Positions 1 to 13,287 are shown, counted from the whole stretch's first letter. The stretch: DNA of 62,973 nt, filler included, from Octopus bimaculoides (GCF_001194135.2; 5 parts of 4 records of this genome joined end to end with filler, not necessarily neighbours in it); one strand, 5' to 3'. Translations and numbers: made by a program. Notes: generated from the sequence alone by a model not told the origin.

Positions 1-1144
1 GCCAGTCTAGCTGCACTAGATATATATGGATATATATATATATATATATATATACAATTAAACCTTGGGAGAGGCATTATGCCGGTAATAAACACACGCA
101 CTGGTTCAGTCCTTTATTAATTTATATAGTTTTTTGTTAAATTATTTCATTGCACTCTTGCAATCTCTTCAGTAACTTGTCTCTCCACTTCCATTTATTT
201 TGAATATATGATCTGGCGTTGTTTTGGCGTTGTTTCGAAACTGTTTGGTATGAGCATGTGAGTGTGTGCAAGCTCGTATGTGTGCACGCTCATATGTGTG
301 CACGCACTTATGTGTTCGTGCTTATATATATATATCAGATTACACTCTGTACATTTATATAGCTAAATTGTGTGCGATATGTTTGGTAATTTATTAATTT
401 CTCCCATACTGCGTTGTGTTCTATATTCCTGAATATTTTATTTTATTCAGTATAGTATTAGAGTTTTTATCAATATCACTAAAGTGTGCCAGAATAGCAA
501 TAGTATCATCACGACCACAGCAACAATTTTATTTTATTATGCCTCGAAAATGTACTCGCAGGCTTCCTCACCTTCGATAGAATCTTCATCTTTTGGGAAT
601 ATCTGTACACAGATTTCTTGTATATGCCAACTTTATATTTATCATATCCTCTAATAATATGCGACACTGAGTTGTATTGTCGCAGGCAGTAAAACTCAAC
701 AGCATTAATGGTATCATAGAAATAATTATGTATCTTGCTTACACATTGTCTGAATAAATTGAGTGTGACTTAAAACTAGTTCTCCCTCTGAAAATACTGT
801 GAGCCGTTATCACAGCGATCTCTTTTGAAATGACAACATATATAAATTGTTTCAGCTAACGGTGTTTTATAGAGACTTAATAGATATAAGTAAACACACG
901 CATACATACACATGTCTCCCTTCCCTCTTTCTTCCTTTTCCTCTCACTCTCTCTTTCTCATTCGCTCACATTGTTTCAGCGTTAGAACCTAAACAATCAT
1001 ACACATACTTCGTTCTACAATACTTTCAGTCTATATACAGTATGCCACATAAGCACTCCTTTTACGCATGTGAAGAAAAATACTAAAACACGGCATTTGT
1101 TTTCATGTGCTGTAGCATACCGCAAGTCAATATTACAGGATCTA

Positions 1145-1288
1145 AAGGCGGTGAGCTGGCAGAATAGCTAGCACCCCAGATGCTTAGGGGCATTTCGTCC
1201 GTCTTTACATTCTGAATTCAAATGCTACCAGGGACGAATTTGCCTTTCATTTCTTCGGTGGATAAAATAAGTACCAGTTGAGCACGGC
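1145..1288 (+). mobile_element. tRNA-derived SINE, family A, 3'-truncated
   Basis: AAGGCGGTGAGCTGGCAGAA head (A-box-like), B-box-like TGAATTCAAATGC and core TTTGCCTTTCA..GATAAAATAAGTACCAG; matches the cleanest copy at 47461. Confidence 0.8.
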
Positions 1289-1319
1289 GCAGTTAACCGG
1301 TCAAAAAAACATGAATGCG

Positions 1320-2400
1320 TGAGAGCCATATTAGAAATTCTGTTTTGCTTGGTGCCGAAAGAAATCTGGCCACCCACGCCTGATATGTCGGAGACGGGTC
1401 GTTGCTTGTTACGTCCAGTACCAGCAATTTATCCATTTGGATTCAAGACGTTGAACCCTATCGTAAGACCCTAACCTTTCCTAAACAACACAGGAGACTT
1501 TGAGATGCATACATCTCGTAGCCACTGAAAGTGGACGGTTCGTGCCTATCATATTCTTGTCTCGTTAATAGTGACCAAATCTATGTCCAGTGACAAGAGT
1601 TGATTGAGTAGGGGACCTTGCTTCTAAGGTGAGCCCAAATGACTTCTTTCACTCTACCTATCCAGTTAGTTGTAAATATCCCTTTATTGAGGTTTTGAAT
1701 ATATTTTTGTTAATACTCCCTCGGAAATCTATGCCGTCCGAATATTTGCCTTTTAAAAGGTTATACTCTTTTACGTTTTGACTTTTGTTAGTATGTTTTA
1801 TTAGTGTCACTTGTGGATGTTTCAATGGCCGTGTAGTTAATTTCATATTTACTGTTGGAGCTGGTGGTAGCATTCTAGCTGTTTCAGATTGGGTGTGAAT
1901 TAGGTTCTGCTTGTTTGTATTATCTATGGTGTTTGTGGTGGAAATGGGTGTGATGCTGCCGGTGTCAATATTGCTGGTATGCTGTCTTTCTTTATTTTGT
2001 TTTGCATTTATTTCTGTTTGCCACTTTTTTACTTTTTAACTATTCCTCTCACTGTTAGCAAAGGGCATGTCTACGTGGACTGGCGTGGGGATAAGATTAT
2101 TTTAGAGCAGTTTGTAATTATATTATGTTATTCTTTTGTTGTTCTTTTGAGGTTTTCTGTTGCTGTTGTCGGTGATATGGTAGCACTTGAGATCGTTGAT
2201 TATTGTTTTGTTTTCTGTAGTTGTTGTTTCCCCTCTTGATATTATTGCTACTGTTGATTTAGGTGCTGTTTCTAGTATTGCAACTACTGTTGCTGTGGTT
2301 GCATGCTCTTCTGGTGTTTCTGCTATTATTAGTGTTGCAGTTGCTGTTGTTACTGTCGTTGTTGATCGTTTGCTGTTGATAGTCGTGGAATCTTTCATTC
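1320..2400 (-). mobile_element. Degenerate L1/Tx1-like LINE 5' part (ORF1 remnant plus start of APE endonuclease)
   Basis: Minus strand about 1610-1553 translates LLNQLLSLDIDLVTINETR, resembling the APE motif D-x-x-x-x-x-ET. Further 3' on the element is KLLVLDV. The 5' side is a T/A/E-rich low-complexity frame (ORF 2123-2398). Many stops. Confidence 0.45.
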
Positions 2401-2760
2401 ATGTGTCACTTTCTCCTGTTGTTGGCAGAAGCAAGTTATTGAACTGGTCGATGTTCAACAATTGTGACATCTTGGTCATCTACGCTCCACAACACCCTTC
2501 AGTATCTGCCTTCGTGGAATCTCTATCAGGCCGGGGTTCCTGTCACCTGAAGAAGGGTTTCGATCCCAATCTTGTTTCAATTTTCCTTTTGTACATTTTA
2601 AAATTCTGTTAGCGTGTTAGGGCCTAACACAACGCGTAGCAACCTTAACAGGAGTCTAATTCTGATTGCATGTTCTTTTACTCGTTTCATCCAAATTTCC
2701 GCGCTTATGCTGGAGCACCACTGTGGTATCGTAGCAAGAAATATCGCTTAATAGGGATAA

Positions 2761-2974
2761 TAATGATTTCACATTTTGGTACAGGGCCAGCAATTTCAAA
2801 GGAAGGCATAAGTCGATTACATCGACCTCAGTGCTCAACTACTGTGTATTTTATCGACCCCGAAGAATGGAAGCAAAGTCGACCTCAGCTGAATTTAAAC
2901 TCAGAAGGTTAGGACGGATGAATGCCACCAAGCATTTTACTCACGTACTAACGATTTTGCCAGCTCACCTCCTT
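2761..2974 (-). mobile_element. SINE family A
   Basis: Reverse complement shows AAGGAGGTGAGCTGGCAAAATCGTTAG head, TGAGTTTAAATTC B-box and core GGGGTCGATAAAATAC. Confidence 0.8.
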
Positions 2975-3320
2975 AAGAAGAGTTCCGCGCTGAGTAATAA
3001 TATGGATATGCTACACCGGGATCCCCATTCAAAAACAAATTTAATCCAATAACATCGATGGAATTAGACAAAGGAACCTGTGGAAGACTTGAAGAAAGCG
3101 ATCATTTAACGTAAATAAGTAAATAAATAAAGTAATGACGCATACACTCGAATGCATACACAATCATATATACATTTTGATACCCATAGGACTCAATATA
3201 CATCTCAATGTTTACACAACTACGTGAAATTTACAGGACACACACTCACGCATATAAAAACACGTGTCACAAACGAAGCAAAAATAAAACATTTTTCATC
3301 TTTGTTTCTTTGTTTATTTT

Positions 3321-3357
<37 letters not shown>

Positions 3358-3461
3358 TCATTTTTCGAACTAACACAGACAGAGTGAACCATTCATAAGT
3401 TTAAAAACACCTCAAAAAAACTATGCGTGGAGATAAATTTATCAACAAAAAATGCAGACGA

Positions 3462-3724
3462 ATACAGATCTGTTAGCCTTAAGAAGCTACGTTACGAGCA
3501 ATGTCTACATGCAGAGAACTCGGTGACGGTGTTATCACAAGAAATTGACACTAAACAGACGAATCCGTCCCGTAATGTCAACGTCGAAGTTCGTCATGCC
3601 TCAATGGTAACAAAGCAAAATACAAACCATATTAGTCGTCGACCGAATAACAAAGGGCCACGTACTCTATATAGATCTGTTAGCCCTAGAAGCTATGTTA
3701 CGAGCAATGTTTACATTCAGAAAA
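3462..3724. repeat. Imperfect ~57-bp direct repeat (3462-3518 and 3669-3724)
   Basis: ATACAGATCTGTTAGCCTTAAGAAGCTACGTTACGAGCAATGTCTACATGCAGAGAA versus ATATAGATCTGTTAGCCCTAGAAGCTATGTTACGAGCAATGTTTACATTCAGAAAA. Confidence 0.9.
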
Positions 3725-5090
3725 TGAACCTAGGATATAAGCTAAAGGGAAAATCTCAAACAATCAACCACCCACTTTTCATGCATGATTTGAAGCTGTA
3801 TGGCAAGGATGAGGCACAAGTGAGTTCTTTGGGGAATACGGTCCACAGTTTTAGTGCTGATATTAGAATGGAATTCGGACTCAAGAAGTGTGGTATAACC
3901 TACCTGAAAAGAGGCAAGGTACAGTTCCTGGGAGGGATAGAATTATCTAATAGAGAACTAATTAAACAAATTGAAAGGGAAGGCTACAAATACCTTGGCA
4001 TACTAGAGTTCAACGAAATCATGCAGAAGGAAAATGAAAGAAGAACTGAGAGTGGAATTGATCGGATGGAGTAAAATCCAAACAAATAATACAAGAGCGA
4101 TAGTATCACTTCGGTATGGAGCTGAAATCATAGAATGGCAAAAGAAAGAATTGGTGAACATGGATACGGAGACAAGAAAAATATTGACAGTGCACGGAGC
4201 TTTTCATTGGTAGGCTGCCATTGTCCAGAGAAAAACGGTGGGGAAGGTTTGATCAGTTGCCACGATTATCCAGGAACAGGAAAACAGCTTAGGGTAGTAT
4301 GTAGAAAATACCGTGGAACCATTTTTGAAACGTGTGAAGAAGTCTGGCGTCTTTAAAACTGATAATTGTGTAAAGAAAGAAAACTTAAAGAGGAAAAGAA
4401 CACACAAAAATAGAAACAGCATGAAAGGAGAAAAAATATACTGTCAGTTTGCAAGAAATACGAACGTCAAGACAAATACAGAAGACATGAGGCTACGTAA
4501 GAAGAGGAGTGACGTGAAGATACAGACGCGCTTATATGCGAAGCACAAGAACAAGCGATAAGGACGATGTGAAGTGCAGAATCGACAACACTACCAACAG
4601 CGACAAATGCAGAATGTGTGGAGCTTTGTGGAAATCACGGTTTGCAAAGAAATAAGATGTGGTATGAGCAAACCCCAGAACGAATCACCGAGAATGAAAA
4701 TTGCAATGATTTAGTGCGATCACCTGACCAAGGATCGGAAACCAGATATTGTTGTGTTGAATAAAAAAGAAAGAACATGCATGATAACCGACGTAGTATG
4801 CTCCGGTGACAAAAGGATCAAGAGGGTCGAGATAGCAATAGTAAGTAGTGTATTTGGAAGTATCAGCACTCAACTACTAACATGGCTCAAAAGGATTGGT
4901 ACAAACGTAAAGGTAGAACACCTACAAGAATCAGCATTGCTTGAAACTGCAAAAATTGCTTGCAAGGTTCTTAAAGCATAACCAGTAACCGATCGTCACC
5001 TTAGTATTTTTGGTGTGTGACAGCTGAGAATTTCCATCATAATCAGCAAAATAAGCTGATAGTTTTCATCAAATAATAGCAATAATAATA
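3721..5090 (+). mobile_element. 5'-truncated RLE-type non-LTR retrotransposon (R4/Dong-like), copy a
   Basis: RT motif INHPLFMHDLKLYGK (degenerate FMDD), then MEFGLKKC, YKYLGILE and SLRYGAE. C-terminal RLE reads PDIVVLNKKERTCMITDV...SALLETAKIACKVLKA* (stop 4979-4981). Short 3' UTR ends in (AAT)n. Frameshifts and stops present. Confidence 0.85.
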
Positions 5091-5302
5091 GTTTCAAATT
5101 TTACGACAAGGGCAGCATTTATTTTTTGCGGGGGAGTTGATTACATCGACCCCAGTGTTCAACTGGTACTTATTTTATCGACCTTGAGAGGATGAATAGT
5201 AAATCGACCTCGGCAGAATTTGAACTGAGAACGTAGCGACGGATGAAATACCGCTAAGCATTTGGTCTGGCGCGCTACCTGTTCTGCCAGCTCGTCACCT
5301 TA
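5091..5302 (-). mobile_element. SINE family A, near full length
   Basis: Reverse complement AAGGTGACGAGCTGGCAGAA...TCAGTTCAAATTCTGCCGAGGTCGATTTAC...GGTCGATAAAATAAGTACCAG...GGGGTCGATGTAATC. Confidence 0.85.
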
Positions 5303-5317
5303 ATAACAGAAATAATA

Positions 5318-5543
5318 ATGGCTTCAAATTTTGGGCAAAAGGCTAGCAGTTTTAAAGGAAGGGTATCAGGATATTTGTTGATACAACATCTCTCAGTATT
5401 TGACTGAGGTGAATTGTTTTTTTGTTTTGTTTTTTTTCCTATTCAGAGGAATGAAAATCAAAGTTGAACTGAGCGGTATTTGAACTCAGAATGTAAATAG
5501 TCACTAGTGATATATAAAGCATTTTTTGACAGCTCACTGCCTT
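5318..5543 (-). mobile_element. SINE family A, older copy in tandem with 5091-5302
   Basis: Reverse complement AAGGCAGTGAGCTG head, TGAGTTCAAATACCGC B-box and the same 3' end (GCCTTTTGCCCAAAATTTGAAG). Confidence 0.65.
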
Positions 5544-6463
5544 AGTAATGGCAACAACTACAGTAATAATATTAATAAGAAAATGCATTTATCTAATCAT
5601 CGTCATCATCATTATTATTATTATTATTATTATTAAAAATAATATGAATGCGTGCAAGAAAATGATAAAGATAATTTTTTTGTTAGACAGAAGGGCAGAA
5701 AATGAAACAATAAATAAACGATGAACGGCAATACCATTTTGAAAATAGATTTCACAGGACAAGAAAAAAAATCATCACCTTAAGATGGTGAAGATGAGTA
5801 GAATAAAAGCAAGGGTAGTAGAGGAAAAAATAAAGATATTCAGCAATGGCTGGAACAACCAAAACAACTACTATATCAATGCCAGCGATAACAGAAATAA
5901 ACAACAACACCAATAACAACAAGAATACCAAAATCCTCATAACCATGAACAACAACAACAATAATAACGACATCAACAAAAGAACTAAACATACATCACA
6001 AATATGATGGAATCAAAATGTTTACACCGAAGAGGGAAAGTAGTTTCTTAAATGAAATTGGGAGTTTCTTTGAAGTGGTTCTTATCTGAATGAGTTTATT
6101 AAAGGAGTGGAAAGATTTTTTTTTTATGCTTCTTTGCTATTTATTTTATTATGTATTTTATTTGATGAAGATGGTTGGATTGACACCTAAATATTAATGA
6201 AAGTTTTATTTTTGTGATATGAGATATGCTATGAGATAATCAAGATCACACAAATACACACATATACACACAGCATATACAAGCATACAACTCAAAATAA
6301 TTACGCATACTTCTACGCACATTGAACGAACGCCCAGACAGCCTCATAACTAACAATTCAGACAGATACACGCACGTACACAGTTCTAGACAGCATTCTA
6401 GTTTTTACTAAGCTGTCTCTCTGTTTCTCTTTCTCCATTCTCTCTCTCTCTGTGTCTGGATAC

Positions 6464-6520
<57 letters not shown>

Positions 6521-7369
6521 CATACATATATTTATAGGTGTATATGTATACATACATAAGAGTGTGTATGTTTGTGTGTATATGTGTGCGTGTATGTGTG
6601 TGTGTATGTGTGTGTGCATGCGTGCGTCTGTGCATGAGTCTTCGTAAAAGAATTATTTGCGAATTCACAAATACAGTGTTGATTGGAATACACTTCGCAC
6701 ACATACTTGCACAATCATAACTCACAAACACACATACACACATACACAGGAATGCATGTACTTATAAATATACATACAAAGATATATATATATATATGTG
6801 TGTGTATATATGCATGAATATGTCTATATATGTATGTGTATATGTGTGTGTGTGTTTATGTGTGTATATGTCTATGTGTGTGATACATGATATATGCACA
6901 CGTCCGCACTCACTCTCATTCAAAGTAACACATACTGTCAGTTCGCTTTATTTTTCATAAAAAACGCTAAGACAGCTTTCACCACCGGAATATTAAAATA
7001 CTAAATTAATTGCTAAAAACATTAAACTAATAATTTAGTTTGCTGTCTTTTGAAAACTATTTTTTTCTTTCCTTATATCTCAGGACTATGCCTTATTTTC
7101 TTAAATATTTACAGTGAAGTACAAGCTATAAAATATAACTTTTCAACGTAGGTCATTAGAATATATTGCATCCCATATAATTTTTTTTATCTTGTACGTA
7201 ACTTTGAAAGGTTTCTTTTCTATTATTGTTATAATGCAGATGGCAGCAGATTAGTGATGTCCCCAGTCGATTGAAGATGAGATAGTAAACTCCAGACTGA
7301 TATCTCTGTGATGTCATAACACAGAGTTATGTCTCCTCGGTAGATCTATCCACAAAAAACTCCATCACA

Positions 7370-7660
7370 TGCGATACATCTCAGAGCATGTAAAAGAAAG
7401 GTCTAGTTATGGCAGGGCGCCTGTCAATTTTTAACAGTCCAATGCTTTCAACAGAGTAGATCTCAAAGAATCTGTTACATCGGATATACTGGCAGTTGGC
7501 ACTACACGTAAAGTTTGACAGAAGTATACACTCAAATATATCATCTGGAGCAAGACGGTGGGCTCACTGCTTGATATTTAGAGAGGGATGCCCATGTTGC
7601 ACTACAGTGACATGTCTCGCCGTTTGATATTTTTGGAATTGTGTTCAGATTGGACCTCCT
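7370..7660 (+). mobile_element. Highly degenerate L1/Tx1-like RT fragment
   Basis: Translates QSNAFNRVDL (cf. KAFDRVDH) and, after a frameshift, FREGCP (cf. VRQGCP). Confidence 0.4.
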
Positions 7661-7988
7661 GATGGATATGAGCTAGAAAGAAGTTGCAAGAAGGTTGGCC
7701 AATCTCACTAGCATCTTCTTTCAATTCTGTTTCTAATTCTTGCCGAGTATCTTTCTGACACATAGGACAGACAAACGTACTGTATACATTGGTAGGCCTT
7801 TAAAATAAACACACCAGATTGTTCTTTTACAAAGTCCTGTGATATTGGAAAAGGGTAAGATTGCGAAAAAAAATGAAAAAATGAAAAGTAAAAAACGTAA
7901 ACAAATTAAATAAATGGAAAAAAAAAGAAAGGAAATTCAGTGCGACAATGCTCTTCTCAATACGTGTAACGTGCCATTCAAGACAATC

Positions 7989-9058
7989 TTTTACTCTTCC
8001 TGCATGGATGGTAAGCCAGGGATCATTCTTAAATAATTTTCAGTTCGCTTTTTGATCATTCCAAGTGCTCCTACAATCACTGGTATTAGAACCGTCTTGA
8101 GATGCCACATCTTTTCGATTTCAATTAGCAAATCTTTATATTTTCTGATCTTATCAAATTCTTTTGCCAAGATATCATGGTCACAAGGTATGCTCATGTC
8201 AATCTATAAACAGACTTTATTGTTTTGGTCTTTCACAACAATATCTGTTAAGTTCTGTTAAGTTCACTTGTAGTGGGTATTAGGACTATGCAAAAAATTA
8301 GAGGAGAAATTGAGTCACCTTGGAAAATGCCGCAGTTGATATTAATATTTTTTTGTGGTCAGTATTCCATTAGAGTGGTATAACTGGAGATTCGTATTCC
8401 ACATAGACATGTTTTGCTTTAGTAAGTTTGAAATCACTGGAAACATTTTGAAGATATCCAGCGATTTCAAAATGCATGAATGCGGTATGCTGTCGAAGGT
8501 CATTTTATAATCAATCCATGCAGAACTGAGATTTCAGCGTTTATTATGACAGATCTCAAAGATCATGTAACTGATTAAGAGTAGATCTTTGTATCCATAT
8601 GAACCTCTTCGGCACCCTTTTTTCAATGTGGAAAAGATTGTTCTGTTCCATAAATTTGTATGTCTTTTGTACGCACTATATCTGAGCACCGCAATGCCCA
8701 GATATTTATAGCTGTAATCAAAGTCTTGGCATTCAGGTTGGGTTCCAACACCATTTTCACCCTTTCTTCATACGCCTCACTGATTTTGACTTTCATTTCT
8801 CTGTGTAGAATCTCATCCAGTTCCAAAATCTCTAAATGTCTGTACCCACTACCCTCGGGTTTACCCAACGTCTCCCCTGATAGTAACCGCAATCCTCTGC
8901 AGGATCCTTTCTTCCCTCATTTCATATTAAGTACTGAGCTTTTGGTAATCCCAAATTCTATACCGATTTCCCTACCACACTTCTGGACTGTTTTGGTTAA
9001 AGAATCTATCTGTTTGTTTTTCAGATTTCCCAAACAATTTCACGTCATCCATAAAAAA
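7989..9058 (-). mobile_element. Composite R4/Dong-like LINE relic, copy b
   Basis: From 9058 downward: FMDDVKLFG...GYRHLEILE...LRYSA. Then from about 8670: GCRRGSYGYKDLLL...AWIDYKMTFDSIPHS. Then from about 8250: RLE DIVVKDQ...IDMSIPCD...KYKDLLIEIEKMW...VIVGALG. Confidence 0.85.
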
Positions 9059-9063
9059 AAAGT

Positions 9064-9084
9064 TATCATCATCATCATCATCAT

Positions 9085-9115
<31 letters not shown>

Positions 9116-9150
9116 CCATCATCGTCATCATCATCATCTTCATCATTATC
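9064..9150. repeat. (CAT)n microsatellite
   Basis: Directly visible. Confidence 0.95.
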
Positions 9151-10842
9151 AAATGCTATGAGAATGCAAATAATTATACACTGTTTTATTTCTATTTCCA
9201 ATAACGTATCTAAGTTGCTTTTTACAAGTAATCTGTCAATATTTTTACACAAGTTAATGTACATCATTCCAGATGCCGCAATTAATAACAATGTGATTAT
9301 TGATATATTCCATAACTTTCATGATACGTTAATTCAGCAGGAAAAGCAGTGCAATTCCTTGGCATATAACCATGCCTGTACATAAAATTTTAGACATATT
9401 CGTTCGAGGATTATAAATAACATTAATATGTTTTTCGTCGAAACAAGACTAAGTGTATTAAGTTCAAGTTGGTAATATATCTATGCTAAAGATTCATAGT
9501 ATTTGCACTTTGATATTTTCTAAGAGAGATGGAGTTTCATATGAAGAGAATTACCTCAAGGAATTGAAAAGTGGTGTCCGGATAAATTTGTATCTTTTTC
9601 ACTACCTTGATAATTCTCTCTGTATATTTCGTGGGAGTTAATATTCTGCATACGAATATAATGTGAGGAAATGTTTCACGAAATACGCCAGCAATGTTTA
9701 TCGAGAATATCGTAAGAATTGCAAGTATAACATCGAATATGTCTGTTGGCAGTTTTGTGCCTATAATTAGTTTTAGTATTCATAACTTTTTATGCTGGTT
9801 TCTTAAAACAACAATTAATTACATCTAGTCAAACTTGCTTACACATCTTCAGGATTAATTAGCTTTATTAAAGAATACTCAAGCAATACATACAGAGCCT
9901 AATAATAATATTTTCTGGAATATGGCTAGGTTTATTACTATAAATAATCTCGCAATAAGTGTGCATATTGCCATTTGTACTAAATACTTAAATAATATGC
10001 GTATGCTGGTAAAATTCCTTATCTGTCTCACTCGCGTCTATTCAGTATTATACTAGTTTGCTATTGTTGTTTTGTTGTTTTCTAGCATTTATCCTAATTT
10101 GCAATGGGGCCGCCATTTTTTAAATTTATTAGTGTGATGGAACCGTTGTCCAAATCGACGGGATCTGAACGACATTTGTGATTCAATACCTTTAACTAGG
10201 TCACAAAGAATCGGTTTCGCTACGTCGTGACTGATTATAAAAGACAGAATTTGAATTACAATTTAATGTCCAGCAAGTGATGCTCAAAAATCTCAGTCAC
10301 TAAACCACCCTTTAATGATATTTTATTTATTGATCCCCCACCTCCGAGCGAATGAGATGCAAAGTCGAGCAATTCGCGGCCTTTTATGCAGTGTTGCTAT
10401 AGTTTTCTTTAAATTATACCTTATTGTGACTTTTGGTATCAATCTTGAAATGTGCGGCCTGGCAGTGTGTTTATATTTACATTACGTGTTGGTTTTTCTT
10501 AGTCATTTAGATTTTAAGTAGAAAATGTTTTATCTCCTCTTCGTATTTAATAAAAACACAACACGCATACGTTATACACCTTCAATAAATTCAGGACATA
10601 AATACATTAGTAAAAAGAATGGGTTTACTAAGTGAGACCATCATCGCTCTATCTAAAAACACACTTGACACGAGATGTCGCAGAATTCAAATAGCAGCAT
10701 TAATCCATGGACTTTATAATGTGTATGTAGTGTGTTACAAATGTCTTTTCAAAACGCGGTTATCCTAGTTTCGAGAAGAGTATTTGAGTCTAAATGCCAA
10801 GCCAAGATGGAGCTATCGAAACAAACGATTCTGATTATTATG

Positions 10843-10882
<40 letters not shown>

Positions 10883-10920
10883 TATATTATATTATATTAT
10901 ATTATATTATATTATATTAA

Positions 10921-11393
10921 GGGTATTACTACACGTAAATGCCTCAAGCTATAAGGGACTCTTAAAGGCAAAACTACCATAATAAATATATATTGTGTAC
11001 CGACAGCGTGGGAATGCAACTTGGAAGTCGTCTCTTAAAAACAGATCCAGCAGCAAATAATATGATTTAATACTTAGTGTATATAGTCCAATTTCTAATC
11101 GTCAGTGCAGGTATAAACTTAACAAAATTCACATACCAGACGAACACTAACTGTATCCAACATAGCACATAAAATTTTGTTCATTTTTATGTGTTCTGAT
11201 TATGTCTGTACTGACGATTACAAAGTGGATTATGTACACTAACTCTGAAATCATATAACATGCTGCTGAATCTGTTTTTAAGAGGCGACTTCCAAGTTGC
11301 ATTCCTTCGCTGTCGGTACACTGTATATTTATTAAGCTAGTCTTGACTTTAAGAGTCCCTTATAGTGTGAGGCATTTACGTGTAGTAATGCTC
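10921..11393. mobile_element. Foldback/MITE-like element with ~195-bp inverted arms and TTAA flanks
   Basis: 10921-11116 is an imperfect reverse complement of 11200-11393 (GGGTATTACTACACGTAAATGCCTC... / ...GAGGCATTTACGTGTAGTAATGCTC). TTAA lies at 10917-10920 and 11394-11397. Confidence 0.85.
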
Positions 11394-13074
11394 TTAATAT
11401 AATAAATGTTTGAAATTGATTAAATTATATATTTTGTATAAATTTTTCCCTTAACTGGTTTTTCACGCTGACTACTTCATAAATTCTTATATAAATTTTA
11501 TCCTTATTTATAATTATATATATTATGTATGCACACCCACTAACACACTAACACACACACGCACAGACAGACACACACACAAAAAACATACCACATATCG
11601 AGTGTAAGTCAAAATGTCCAAATTTATACGCACTCTTGTTTCTCTGATTTATCAAAACAAAACTAGAGGTTCAGCAATTACATGATTTTACAACAGTCTC
11701 TTTGCTTTACGATGCACGTCTTCCAACGGTTACCTAACCTGAAATGTACTACCCTTTAGCACTACGCGAGCGCTGAAGGCAGTATGGTCAGCCAAAATAA
11801 GGTTTTGGCAAAAGTGCGGACATTTTTTGCTTCCTCTTATACATACATACATACATACATACATACATACATACACACATACATATACACGCATATATGT
11901 GTGTGTGGGGTAGGGTTGTAGACCCTATATATGACGCTTTTAACGTCTTTCACATGTTAGAAATGTTACTATTTTAATGTAATTCTCGCTGCTAGGATAC
12001 TGCTTAACACCCAATAATACAACGCAAGTCGTAATTAATATATCTTTGTATTTATGTTAATCTCACAACGGCCCCTCTATGTATTATCCTCTGTTGTTTA
12101 CATACTCTTTTAATTTCTTTTGTTTTGATTTTTACTTTGTTGTGGCATTGCTTCTCATTATCCGACTGTGTTTAGTCGTGTGTGTTATTTCTATAATTTT
12201 GTAATCGTGTTGTCATGTCTGTGTAGAGTTTCTTTTTCACTTATACCTCAATATAATTTGATTTTCAGAATAGTTTTAGCCGAAATACGATGCCTGTGTT
12301 GTAAAAGATGACCAGAGTAATAAATAAATAATCGTCACACATTTTTGCATTTGGCAAATGTAATTGCAACTGTTCTTACGTTATACGAATACTTGTGTAT
12401 TTGTGTTTTTGTTAATGCGCATTAGAAGCATGCCGCCCTGAATTATCTTGTTTACAAGAGAGCTACAAACATTGATGTGGAAATACAGTGTAGTAGCATA
12501 CATAAATGTATGGACAAGTACATGTGATAATCCATTATATACACAAATATACATATAATAATCCATATTTCAATATACAGCTTAATGTGCAAACACACAT
12601 ATATATATATATATACAAATACGTATATGTATGTATGTATGTATGTATATATATATATATATATACATATATATATNNNNNNNNNNNNNNNNNNNNNNNN
12701 NNNNNNNNNNNNNNNNNNNNNNNNNNNNNNNNNNNNNNNNNNNNNNNNNNNNNNNNNNNNNNNNNNNNNNNNNNNNNNNNNNNNNNNNNNNNNNNNNNNN
12801 NNNNNNNNNNNNNNNNNNNNNNNNNNNNNNNNNNNNNNNNNNNNNNNNNNNNNNNNNNNNNNNNNNNNNNNNNNNNNNNNNNNNNNNNNNNNNNNNNNNN
12901 NNNNNNNNNNNNNNNNNNNNNNNNNNNNNNNNNNNNNNNNNNNNNNNNNNNNNNNNNNNNNNNNNNNNNNNNNNNNNNNNNNNNNNNNNNNNNNNNNNNN
13001 NNNNNNNNNNNNNNTGTGTGTGTGTGTGTGAGTGTGAGTGTGTGTGTGTGTGTGTGCGTGTGCATTTATGTGTG

Positions 13075-13287
13075 AGTCTTTGTGTCTGCGTTTGTCCCAT
13101 TACCGCTTGATAACTAGTTTGGGTGTGTTTACGTCCCCATAACATGGTGGTGCAGCAAAGGTAACTGACAAAATATAAGTACTAGGCTTTTAAAAAGTCA
13201 TGGGGTCGAATTGTTTGACTAAAACCCCTCAAGGCGGTGCTCCAGCATGGCCGCAGTCAAATGACTGCAACAAGTGAAAGAATAAAA
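13075..13287 (+). mobile_element. SINE family C 3' part
   Basis: GTCCCCATAAC...AAGTACTAGGCTT...GGGGTCGA...AAGGCGGTGCTCCAGCATGGCCGCAGTCAAATGACTG. A related minus-strand fragment (ATGCTGGAGCACC) is at about 2672-2722. Confidence 0.65.
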
